In this document: positions 1-11,088 of the stretch, one piece after another | Layout of the letters: each line of letters opens with the position of its first letter | Position numbering within the stretch: position 1 is the stretch's first letter | Assembly: GCF_001194135.2 (NCBI RefSeq) | Contig: NC_069002.1 | Location: 35,571,622-35,605,587, forward strand | Source: Octopus bimaculoides | Lineage: Eukaryota | Direction: 5' to 3' | DNA length: 33,966 nt | Program-made: the position numbers and the translations under genes | Notes under the pieces: generated by a model | The model's database searches: none | What the model was told of the DNA's origin: nothing | Seen by the model: the letters and a program-made list of their open reading frames with translations, nothing else

Positions 1-150
1 TATATATATATATATGGGCTTTGCGTGAGTCTATATTTTTATGTTACCTATGTGTATATATAAATGTATGTATATATGTATACATATACGCATGTATATA
101 TGTGTGCTTGTTATATATAAACGTGTGTTGTAGTATTTGTGTATGTTTAT
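1..150. repeat. Degenerate (TA)n/(TATG)n microsatellite
   Basis: Alternating TA/TG runs read directly from the sequence. Confidence 0.85.
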
Positions 151-459
151 TTATATATAGACAGGATGAACACAGTCGATGATGGGGGTTGGTGTTCTTG
201 GATGTTGATGATATAAACAGATAAGATGCAAACAAATGGATGATAATGTTGGTGGGAACCTGGGTGTAGAATTATAAAGAAGATTTAATAACTCCAAAAA
301 TACGAACAACGCCGACAACGACAGCGACTGCTATAAGTGTAGCAACAACAGCAACAACATCGACTTTAAGAGGAGCTGAAGAAGATGAGAAGAGAAACGT
401 GTGAATGGTCGACAACAATAATATAACGAAAACAAAAAAGTTGATAATAACGACAAGGT

Positions 460-550
460 GGAGGAGGAGGAGGAGGAGGAGGAGGAGGAGAAGAAGAAGA
501 AGAAGAAGAAGAAGAAGAAGAAGAAGAAGAAGAAGAAGAAGAAGAAGAGG
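460..550. repeat. Compound (GAG)n(AAG)n trinucleotide microsatellite
   Basis: Pure GAG run followed by a pure AAG run; explains the poly-Arg and poly-Phe/Ser ORFs at 331-654. Confidence 0.95.
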
Positions 551-778
551 AAGTGGTGGAAGAAGAAAAAAGAAGTTAAAGCGGAGGAAGTGTAGTGGTG
601 GAGAATGAGAAGGAGGTAGTGAAAGAAGAAGAGTGAGAATTGAAGAACTGTCATTTCATTGGTCCAAAGGCGTACAGAAATGGTGCAATCGTTATTGGTT
701 CAAAAGACAAAACGATTGAAGGAGTTTGAAGAGTAGTCAAAGGTTAACAAGAACAATGAGGCAACAATAAAATTTTAG

Positions 779-831
779 ACAATGATAATTGGGAAAATAT
801 CCGAGGGATACTCGTGGAAACCCCATGGAAA
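779..831 (+). CDS. Candidate internal coding exon (DNDNWENIRGILVETPWK), unverified
   Basis: TTTTAG acceptor ending at 778, stop-free frame, and a consensus GTAAGT donor at 832. The polypyrimidine tract is weak and I recognise no homolog. Confidence 0.2.
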
Positions 832-995
832 GTAAGTTTACGCTGGCTACTTGGGACGATCCCTCGCTGTTTTGATCGAAAAACACCGTCTTCAGCTAGA
901 CTTATTCACTCAGTACATGATTGCCTCACTCATTTACCTTTCAACAAATTTGCTGGAAGTAGTACTTCCCTCTTGACCCCCAGTTTCTATTTTAG

Positions 996-1100
996 ATGAA
1001 CCCAGAAATAGTAGAAGAATTGACTAAAGATGACAGTGTCTATCACTCATCAGTCATTTCAGAGTTGTCTACCACGAGACAGATGGCCTCTAGACATTAA
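996..1100 (+). CDS. Candidate terminal coding exon (MNPEIVEELTKDDSVYHSSVISELSTTRQMASRH*), unverified
   Basis: Pyrimidine-rich acceptor (TCTTGACCCCCAGTTTCTATTTTAG) ending at 995; phase 0, matching the donor at 832; open to TAA at 1098-1100. No homolog recognised. Confidence 0.2.
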   Translation: MNPEIVEELTKDDSVYHSSVISELSTTRQMASRH

Positions 1101-1893
1101 ACTTCCTGTTCTTTTCAGCCAGATTAAGGCGACGGGTGAAAGCAGCTGATAACTGGATTCAAGCTATACGTAAGAGAAGCTGTTTGACATAAATCTATAA
1201 GTCGACAATTCTGAAGCAAAACGGTTTGGTCGATCTTATTTGATATTTTCGTTTTGCTGTCGCAGATTCCGTATTTGTTTTCGATTTTGTTCCAACTATT
1301 CCCAAACTTTATTATACTGATTTACTTTTGTGTGTTAACCATGAACATGAAATTCATTTTCCTCATACATATATAAATAAAATGTTATTAGCCTTTAAGT
1401 TTGCAAAGTTTGGGCAATTTTAGCCAATCGAAAGCAACCATTATACAGATGTATGCAAAAAGCTGACACTTTCCCCCACCGCAACACAAATTACAAGTTT
1501 TGACAAATGATATAATTTTGTATCTATGATATTTTTGTCTGTTTTGTGGTTGGACTAAAAATGATTAAAAATTTGGACCTCTGTAACATTGTTCTATATC
1601 TTTCTGGGAATACATAAATGCTAAATTCGGATTCAGCCTGAAAAACATCAATATTTGAAAATTATTACTTCATTTTAAAATTTCCAAATCTGTGACAGTA
1701 TCCGAACATTAATTCTCCGCCCAACATTAATTCTCCGTAGAACGCAAACGTAGAATTTCCACCGACCTCTTTTGCTTGACCAGTAGATGAATTTGAGCGT
1801 TTGCGATATGCCACCATTTATTGTCTCACATGACAAGGAATTCGCTCATTCTGTTGCAAATTGTGATAGAAATCTGCTAGACCACTGAACATT

Positions 1894-2008
1894 GATAGAA
1901 TAAGTACTAGGCTTACAAAGAATAAGTCCTCGAGTCGATTTGGTCGACTAAGAGGCGGTGTTCCAGCATGGCCACAATCAACTGACTGAATCAAAGAGTA
2001 AAAGAGTA
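1894..2008 (+). mobile_element. SINE family A, 3' tail module only
   Basis: GATAGAATAAGTACTAGG...AAGTCCTCGAGTCGATTTGGTCGACT...CCAGCATGGCC...AAAAGAGTA matches the reverse complement of the tails at 3404-3499, 6955-7060 and 32802-32882. Confidence 0.8.
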
Positions 2009-2833
2009 TGTTTATATATAGTAACTCTACATGCGTGTGTGTGTAAATATATATATATATGTAAATATNNNNNNNNNNNNNNNNNNNNNNNNNNNNNNNN
2101 NNNNNNNNNNNNNNNNNNNNNNNNNNNNNNNNNNNNNNNNNNNNNNNNNNNNNNNNNNNNNNNNNNNNNNNNNNNNNNNNNNNNNNNNNNNNNNNNNNNN
2201 NNNNNNNNNNNNNNNNNNNNNNNNNNNNNNNNNNNNNNNNNNNNNNNNNNNNNNNNNNNNNNNNNNNNNNNNNNNNNNNNNNNNNNNNNNNNNNNNNNNN
2301 NNNNNNNNNNNNNNNNNNNNNNNNNNNNNNNNNNNNNNNNNNNNNNNNNNNNNNNNNNNNNNNNNNNNNNNNNNNNNNNNNAGAAATAATTCAGTTTTAT
2401 CTGCCTAGAAAAAAACAATGTCTACGTCTGTGTCTGTATGTCTTACAGAGTGGAAGGGTATGATAAATTCTTATGCTACCATTTTTACAATTAACTGAAT
2501 ATTGGCGAAAATCTTTGACCATTAACTCTAGATAAAACAGAGCAATATCAAATTACATAGTAAATACTAAATTGTGCGTCCAGCCAATTTTAATGACGTT
2601 ACTGCAGACATTGGCTGCTAATAGACGCATGGTTCTGGAGACAAAATATCTATTATCTTATACTTTCTATAATTTATGTGTTCATTTATTTATTTTTCCT
2701 TTTATTTATTCTTTTGTTCTTTTCGATTCATCCTAGATTTTGACCGGCTAATTTGAATTTGTGCTTTATTCGTATTTGGTTTTTTGCTTTGACTATGATA
2801 TGCAAATGAAGTGATAAGGATGTCCTGGACGAT

Positions 2834-2876
<43 letters not shown>

Positions 2877-3093
2877 TGAAAATACCAATTCATTTAGCAT
2901 GTGGATTTTGTACATAAACCTGATGAGTCGATAATTCTTTTTGTTTTCATTTTTTCGGTCTATCTATAATACTGATTTAATGTGCTGTCACATATTATAT
3001 GATAAAACTGAAGCAAAACTCTTCTGATAAAATATCGAAGAAGCAATTGTAGAATTACGTAATAAAATGAACTGCAGACTCCATTCATCTGGC

Positions 3094-3136
<43 letters not shown>

Positions 3137-3403
3137 TAGATATATATGCAAAAAGACATACATGCACATATAAGAAAACTGTGTGGTAGATATACACACA
3201 GAAATTAATTAGGTTCTCATCAGAATGTGACTATATCAATTTAACTAATCTCAGAGAAACAAACAGCCAGTATTTTGATATAATGAACACATCCAGTAGC
3301 TTCAGAGAACTTGAGCAACTAATTTGTGTACCGTAAGTGTTAAACACTTTATTTGATATCGGACACCTGTCAACAGGAGATATCATTCCATACAATATAA
3401 TTG

Positions 3404-3780
3404 TATTCTTTTATTCTTTTACTTATTTCAGTTATTTGACTGCGGCTGAGATGGAGTACCACCCGAAAGACTTAGTCGAAGAAATCGACCCCAGGACTTC
3501 GGCCGAACTGCTGCTAAGTTACAGGGGTATAAACACACTGACATGAGTTTTGAGGCGATGGTGGGTGGGCAAACACAAAAACACACATGAATGTATACCT
3601 ATATGTGTGTGCGTGTGTGTATACGATGGAATTCTTTCAGTTTCCGTTTACTAAATCCACTCACAAGGCTTTGATCGGCCTGTGGCTATAGCAGAAGGTA
3701 ATTGCACTAGGTGCCTCGCAGTGGGACTGAATCAGGAGCCATGTGGTTGGGAAGCAAGCTTCTTACCACACAACCACGCA
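3404..3780 (-). mobile_element. tRNA-derived SINE family A, head + core + internal microsatellite + tail (internal deletion near 3499)
   Basis: On the minus strand: A-box-like TGGTTGTGTGG, B-box-like GATTCAGTCCC, then the core ...TATAGC...AAAGCCTTGTGAGTGGATTT..., a CA/TA tract and the shared tail. Colinear with 6955-7388 and 17583-17710. Confidence 0.9.
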
Positions 3781-3958
3781 ATTTGAACTATTTCTCCGTA
3801 GATTGAAAAACATGAACAGCCCTAATCGATCTTCAACTACACCTCCACACACACATATATATGTGTGTATGAGCGCGTGGACGTGTGTGTGTGTGTGTGT
3901 TTATTTGTTTGAATCCAAAATGGAGAGGAGCACTGATATTCCACTTGATAGAATCGAT

Positions 3959-4345
3959 TTTGTTGTTGGCACTCCGTCGCTTACGACATCGAGGGTTCCA
4001 GTTGATCCGATCAACGGAACAGCCTGCTCGTGAAATTAACGTGCAAGTGGCTGAGCACTCCACAGACACGTGTACCCTTAACATAGTTCTCGGGGATATT
4101 CAGCGTGACACAGTGTGACGAGGCTGACCCTTTTAATTACAGGTACAACAGAAACAGGAAGTAAGAGTGAGATAAAGTTGTGGTGAAAGAGTACAGCAGG
4201 GTTCGCCACCATCCCCTGCCGGAGCCTCGTGGAACTTTAGGTGTTTTCGCTCAATAAACACTCACAACGCTCGGTCTGGGAATCGAAGCTGCGATCCTAT
4301 GACCGCGAGTCCGCTTCCTTAACCACTGGGTCATTGCGCCTCCAC
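3959..4345 (-). mobile_element. tRNA-derived SINE family B, full length, with TSD
   Basis: Reverse complement of 18718-19100 (11 mismatches in the first 145 nt, counted by eye). tRNA-like head and (CAA)n tail. Flanked by GATAGAATCGAT (3947-3958) and GATAGAATTGAT (4346-4357). Confidence 0.95.
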
Positions 4346-4964
4346 GATAGAATTGATAATTGTAGAGAGACTGCCCTTAACATGAAGCCAACGTTTAAGG
4401 CATAAATAAAGAAATCTTATCCACCAATTGAGGTGTTGAGCGCTCGTTCTCATTGTCAACATTAACGTGTATGTGTGTATATGAAAGCAGGGAAGTTGGA
4501 CCCCTGTACAAACTTAGAAGAAATATTGCGACTGGACAATGTAGAATATAAACTAAAACACGCAAGGGACAAATTATTTTAGGCTATACAGAGTTCCTCT
4601 TTTTATCTTGATTTTCTCTCTGTCTCTATTTAACTCAGTCTTTCTCTTTAAGTGGCTGTATTTCTTTCTCTCTAATACATTATTGATGTCTCTCTAGTTT
4701 TTCTCTCCACGGTCAGTGTGTTTGTTGTGTGCTGAAGGGTTGTGCCAATGTAAATTCGATATCGAAAACAGGATGTCCCTGCGTCATTGTGATGAAAGAG
4801 AAGGAGGAGAAGAAGGAAAGTGGGGGGTGGGGTTGTAGGAGTGAAACTGATGATAGGTGAGTGATAGGGGATCGGGTAGGCGGAAGAAATTGTCAACGAT
4901 GGATGCTGCTGTTCAAACAACGGATAATGATTGATTTTTATCCCGAGTCAACACTTCCAATTAC

Positions 4965-6400
4965 ACCACAACCAAACATTACAACCACCATCAATTATCA
5001 CCACCACCACCACTAAGAACAACAGCAACAACCAATTACAACAGCTCCGCCGCCACCACCGCCTCACAACCAACACACGAGAGTAGAACGATGAGTTATA
5101 AACATTATCAATTGAAGAAGATGAAAGTGGAAGCGGAGGGGGGGGGGCAGGAGAAAGACGATAACGATGACAAGAAGAACACTACAACGTCCATGGAGGC
5201 GATGATGTTGAAGGAAGCGAAAATGACGTTGACGATTTTATATTGAGGTGGTAGTGGTGGTNNNNNNNNNNNNNNNNNNNNNNNNNNNNNNNNNNNNNNN
5301 NNNNNNNNNNNNNNNNNNNNNNNNNNNNNNNNNNNNNNNNNNNNNNNNNNNNNNNNNNNNNNNNNNNNNNNNNNNNNNNNNNNNNNNNNNNNNNNNNNNN
5401 NNNNNNNNNNNNNNNNNNNNNNNNNNNNNNNNNNNNNNNNNNNNNNNNNNNNNNNNNNNNNNNNNNNNNNNNNNNNNNNNNNNNNNNNNNNNNNNNNNNN
5501 NNNNNNNNNNNNNNNNNNNNNNNNNNNNNNNNNNNNNNNNNNNNNNNNNNNNNNNNNNNNNNNNNNNNNNNNNNNNNNNNNNNNNNNNNNNNNNNNNNNN
5601 NNNNNNNNNNNNNNNNNNNNNNNNNNNNNNNNNNNNNNNNNNNNNNNNNNNNNNNNNNNNNNNNNNNNNNNNNNNNNNNNNNNNNNNNNNNNNNNGTGGT
5701 CGTCGTCGTCGTCTTCGTCAGAATGGTCGTAATGGTGGTTCTCATGGTGGCGATGGTGGAGGTCATGGTGGTATTGGTGGTGGCTGTCGTCGGCGGCGGC
5801 ATCGTTGTCGTCTTGGCAGTGGTGGTGGTGGTTGTGGTGGTGGTGTGGTGGTGGTGGTGGTGATCCAGGTTGTAGTTGAGGTGACGGTCGTTGTTGTCAT
5901 CGTCGTCGTCGCCGTCATCACGACGGTAATAGTGCTGATCATGGTGATAGCGTTGGTGACAGTCGTCGTCCCCTTGGTGGTAGTACAGGTTATAGTACTT
6001 TTGGTGGCAGTTGTGTTCGTAGCAGTGGTAATGTTTGCGCTGCTGGTCTTGAAGATAGTGCGGCTGGAGTGTCGTGGCTGTTGTACCGGGGTTGGTGATG
6101 TCATTCGAAACGTTGTCGCAGTTGGTGGTGGCCCTGTGGTAGAGAGAGCGTGGCACGTATGCCGCCAGTAATGATTGTCCAGGTTCGAATTGCAGTGATG
6201 GTGATGGTAGTTATAATAATTGTTGGAAATAGTGATGGTAATGGTGATGGTGATGGTGAGAGTTCTTGTTCTGGTGCTGGTCGGTCTAATGGATGTGGTG
6301 GTGATGCTAGCTGAAGTAACTCCAGTATGTTTATGTTCTTAGTGATGGTCATTGTAGTGTTGTCAGTAGTGATGGTACTGACGTTGGTTGACAGTTTCCG
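4965..6400. repeat. Long degenerate trinucleotide region (CAC/CAA, then GTG/GTC/GAT) spanning a gap
   Basis: Mixed trinucleotide runs on both sides of gap 5262-5695; produces the Thr-, Val- and His-rich low-complexity ORFs. Confidence 0.85.
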
Positions 6401-6954
6401 ATGATGTCGGGGTTAAATCCAAAAAGAAATCATTTAAGAAGCTTCCGAAGAAATTTTTAGAAAACTCTGTATTAACAACTTGAAATAACTTTCTCTAAGA
6501 CGTAAACTGAAAGTGTGATCTGAAATTCTTTAAACCGGAGTTTGTTATTCTGAGAAACAGTCACAATTTCAATATAAGAAAGAAAAATAGTCTTTTACTT
6601 ATTTCCATCACAATTTCATTGTACAACGCAAACTTCTTAGATAATCGGGTCTCAGAATTGTAGATATACAATGGTGCATTAGATCTCTGGAAGAGTATTT
6701 CGTAAGACATTCTCTGAATATTGGATGGAAGCAAAGTAAAGGATAAATGAAAATGTCAGTAAATTCTTCATCTAGTGCCTTCTAAAGACGTTTGTTTCTA
6801 TTTCTAGATGCAGTTTATGCTTGGACTTAATCTTCACAAAAGCCCAAAAGTAAAAATAGAAATTTTCGATAATGCTTCTGTTGTCATTTGGAATTTGGAG
6901 ATAACGATCGCCATAGAGTACCTCCTAATGCCATTTTTGTTCTTTTTGGATAAA

Positions 6955-7388
6955 ATTCTTTTATTCTTTTACTTGATTCACTCATGAGATTGCCGCCATA
7001 CTGGGGCTCTGCCTTCAAGAACTTTTAGTCGAATGTATCTACCCCAGTACTAAATTTATTTTTCTAAATCCGGTATTTATTCTCTCATTTACTTTTGCCG
7101 ATGCGCTAAGTTACGGGGACGTAAACACACCAGCACCGGTTGTCAAGCGACAGTGGCGGACAAACACAAATACCAACACACACACACACACACACACACA
7201 TACACACACACATATATATATATAAATATGCGACGGGTTTCTTCCAGTTTCCGTCAACCAAATTCGCTTACAAAGCTTTGGTCTGCCCGAGGCTATAGTA
7301 AATGACAATTGCTTAAGGTATCATGCAGTGTGACTGAAATTAGAAGCATGCGGTTAGGAAGCAAGCTTGTTACCCAACAGCCACGACT
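6955..7388 (-). mobile_element. tRNA-derived SINE family A, near full length
   Basis: Same module order as 3404-3780: head ending near 7388, core, (CA)n(TA)n at about 7175-7228, GTTACGGGGACGTAAACAC segment, then the tail TTATTCTTTT. Confidence 0.9.
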
Positions 7389-8376
7389 GATTTACTAATT
7401 TTTAAAATATACATTTATTTCATTATTGTTTCACTTTTGGACTGAAGCCATGCTGGGGGAACCGATTCCAAATGATTTCATTTTTCATAACAATACTAGT
7501 AGATATCCTCATACGTGTTCTATCGAATCCTAATTATTCAAAGGTTAAGTTAAATTTTGAGGTAATCAAGAGAAACCCAACATACCGCTTTACAAAGTGA
7601 AAGCGTATATACTGTGTGTGTGTGTGCAGAGCAGACTCTGGAGCGATAAAGGAAGTCACTAAGTCAGTGAAAAGGTCGAGAACAGCGACGAAAGGACTTT
7701 GACGAAATAGCAACCGCTTGATTAGGTAGTTTGGTTATATATCACTAGAGGCCTGAAACTAACACGTTCGTTTTCCGGATCCCAGACATATTGTTATAAA
7801 ACCAAAACGAACCTCACGGATGAAAAAGCATGGAGGAAAAAAAAAACAGAACACAAATAAGGCTGGATCTTAAAGGCATCATAGTTAGGGATTCGATGGT
7901 TTAGCTTGTGATCAGCTTATCAGCATTCAAGTGGCTGTAGTGATGTCCTTTAGGATTAAGCTGGATTTACGACTAGATAGGCCGAACTAAAATTCGAACC
8001 AGGATTTTTGCATCTTGCTCTCTAACGGACATAACGACAAGGATATCAAAGAATACTCTAACAATATCTATTCTAATGATATTTACCCACTAATCTAATG
8101 TGAATCTTCAGAGAACCGCAAATTATAAGTGCAGTCTATGCTGTGTTAAGTGCATCACATATTGTGTTATAAGCATTAATCTGATTATTGTCGAAGGAAC
8201 AAATAAAAATAAAGGCAAAAAAAATTATTAACAAATGATTGTAGTTTTGTTTTGTTTTCTTTTCTTTTTTCTTATATCTCAAATCACATGAAGCATGCTA
8301 CGTTGAGAAGTGAACATTTCCTACCTGCGTTACAATAGTAATGTGCCAATACTTTAGTGCATGATTATACGCTACA

Positions 8377-8418
<42 letters not shown>

Positions 8419-9522
8419 TATATAAACAAATAAATATACATAGGTGTATGTATTTATATATACATACAGATACTACATATACAATTATATATATTTGTAT
8501 ATGTCTAAATATATATCTACATATATTTATATATATACAAATATAAATGTATAAATNNNNNNNNNNNNNNNNNNNNNNNNNNNNNNNNNNNNNNNNNNNN
8601 NNNNNNNNNNNNNNNNNNNNNNNNNNNNNNNNNNNNNNNNNNNNNNNNNNNNNNNNNNNNNNNNNNNNNNNNNNNNNNNNNNNNNNNNNNNNNNNNNNNN
8701 NNNNNNNNNNNNNNNNNNNNNNNNNNNNNNNNNNNNNNNNNNNNNNNNNNNNNNNNNNNNNNNNNNNNNNNNNNNNNNNNNNNNNNNNNNNNNNNNNNNN
8801 NNNNNNNNNNNNNNNNNNNNNNNNNNNNNNNNNNNNNNNNNNNNNNNNNNNNNNNNNNNNNNNNNNNNNNNNNNNNNNNNNNNNNNNNNNNNNNNNNNNN
8901 NNNNNNNNNNNNNNNNNNNNNNNNNNNNNNNNNNNNNNNNNNNNNNNNNNNNNNNNNNNNNNNNNNNNNNNNNNNNNNNNNNNNNNNNNNNNNNNNNNNN
9001 NNNNNNNNNNNNNNNNNNNNNNNNNNNNNNNNNNNNNNNNNNNNNNNNNNNNNNNNNNNNNNNNNNNNNNNNNNNNNNNNNNNNNNNNNNNNNNNNNNNN
9101 NNNNNNNNNNNNNNNNNNNNNNNNNNNNNNNNNNNNNNNNNNNNNNNNNNNNNNNNNNNNNNNNNNNNNNNNNNNNNNNNNNNNNNNNNNNNNNNNNNNN
9201 NNNNNNNNNNNNNNNNNNNNNNNNNNNNNNNNNNNNNNNNNNNNNNNNNATATATATATATATATATATATATATAAGTATGTATGTGTGTATGCCTCTA
9301 TGCATGTAATATGTATAAGTGTTTACCGATGAGAAGCAACAGCGTTATTGCTTTGTAAATGTTATAAACATACCTCAAACGAAGAAGCTGACACGGTAGC
9401 CTTTAGCGGCAGGCATCTCTCTTTTCACCCAATCGTATATTATACACACAAACGCGCGCACGCATGCACAAACACATACATACACACACACACACACACA
9501 TGCACACACAGGTATATATATA

Positions 9523-10392
9523 CAGGGTGCGGTGAATAAATTGTCGTCTAAATTACGTAAAAATGAAAATTATACTGACATTTTAACAGGTATACTTACC
9601 AAAATTGCATAAAAATATCTTGAAATATTAAAGAGTAAATTTATTCAATAAATCGCCATAGGCTTCAACCAAAGTCTCCAGATGACTTCGGAATCTCCTG
9701 CAGCTCTTCTCGGCGGTTTCCTTGTTTAAGTTGATGAATTCTGCCATCGTCTTTGCCTTCAGTTCATCTTTGGTGTTACGATGAGATTTGTCTCTTGCTC
9801 AACTGTACCCCACACGTTATAATCAGGCGGGGTGCAATCTGGGAAGTTAGGGGGGCTAGATGTTAGGGGTGACGTGGTTTCAGAAATTATCTGACAGTCA
9901 TCACTTGATTCTCCTGCTTGTGATGTGGTATGGTGCAGAATCATGTTGCCAGACGTAGGGTCTTCCAGCAGCTGCCCTCTTAACCCTAACTACATCCTCC
10001 AGGCACTTGATAAAGACCTCCATATTGAGTGTGAGGCCGGGTCGGAGGATGAATGGAAGCATAACGTTTCAATCACTAGTGATCATTCCAAATGCCATGA
10101 CGTTGACTGGATGTTTGATTTTGATCACTCTCGGTACATGTCCTCAGATTCTACTGAACTTACATTGACACACAAATATTCTCAAATGTTCGTATTGGAG
10201 CTTTCGGTGTGAATTCAAAATAGTACAGCATTTCAATTCCAAATTTCTGGCAGAGTGTAATGCGTCGTGGTGCTGTTCTTCTCACAGATGGTGCCCAATA
10301 GGCCCTACTATGCCGTGTAGTCAGCAAAATCTAAAACAAACAATGCTCATGCGCGAAATTAAAAATATAAAATTGCGACAATTTACCTATCA
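9523..10392 (-). mobile_element. Internally deleted Tc1/mariner DNA transposon, DD37D (maT)-like transposase pseudogene
   Basis: Minus-strand translation across stops and frameshifts: KHPVNVMAFGMITSD*NVMLPF...GRPYVWQHDSAPYH...PPNFPDCTPPDYNVWGTVEQET...NTKDELKAK...SCRRFRSHLETLVEAYGD. About 37-38 residues lie between the QD/HD aspartate and the final aspartate. TA-CAGGGTG terminus at 9521-9529. TAAATTGTCG (9537-9546) is inverted as CGACAATTTA (10376-10385). Confidence 0.9.
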
Positions 10393-10663
10393 TAGATGGA
10401 TAATGGGTCAGTTCCCTCCAGTTGTTTCCAACGAATTTTTTATTGATTAATGGAAACATGACATCATGAAAATACCATTTTTATGAGGTGAATACATTAG
10501 CCACAACATTGAAAAATACTCAAAAGCCAACGGCATTTGCGCCTTCATGATTCTATTACATTCGCTGACCATTTTCATTTTCGACCCGGCCCGGTGCCAT
10601 ATCATTTAAGTGCCTAATTCACTAGAATCCGGACCTAATANNNNNNNNNNNNNNNNNNNNNNN

Positions 10664-10695
<32 letters not shown>

Positions 10696-11012
10696 GAATT
10701 ATAAAGAGAGATACAGAGAGACCATGTATGAATGTGTTTGCGAGACGTGAAAGGAATGCTCATATCTGATTTGCTCGCTCTACTGTGCATATTCGGTACT
10801 TTGAACATGCATCGATATGCATGCATGCACTTGTCAGTGTAACATATGGGGAATACAGAGTCTAGGTGACGTCATGCACATTTCAAACTATATATCAAAC
10901 ATAGGGATTGGTATATGGACAGTTTAGTTAGACAGATAGATATTTGTATATATATATACATAAGAAGATTGATGTATTAAAGTATAGACAGGTAGGTAGG
11001 CAGGTTGGTATG

Positions 11013-11027
11013 TAGATAGATAGGTAA

Positions 11028-11088
<61 letters not shown>
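11013..11088. repeat. (GATA)n tetranucleotide microsatellite
   Basis: Nearly pure TAGA run. Confidence 0.95.

Noticed and set aside
331-654. Poly-Arg and poly-Phe/Ser ORFs
   Set aside because: Translations of the (GAG)n(AAG)n microsatellite.
1444-1700. TA-CAGATGTATGCAAAAAG start and ATTCGGATTCAGC motif, reminiscent of a Tc1/MITE end
   Set aside because: No matching inverted terminus found nearby.
1705-1737. 15-bp direct repeat AACATTAATTCTCCG, two copies
   Set aside because: Simple local duplication; only two units and no spacer array, so not CRISPR-like.
2581-2617. 8-bp inverted repeat CAGCCAAT/ATTGGCTG
   Set aside because: Short stem with a 21-nt loop; expected by chance.
2920-2960. CTGATGA hammerhead core box (also near 4845, 19853 and 26083)
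   Set aside because: No stem II followed by GAAA in the correct position.
4755-4766. 12-bp palindrome TTCGATATCGAA
   Set aside because: Chance-level length; not the TATCGATA DRE consensus.
5182-6352. Long Thr/His/Val-rich ORFs (mucin-like appearance)
   Set aside because: Open in several frames on both strands because of stop-poor trinucleotide repeats, and they span an N gap; no splice or domain evidence.
6809-6988. 59-aa ORF starting directly after a strong acceptor-like site
   Set aside because: No recognisable homology, and its 3' part runs into a SINE tail.
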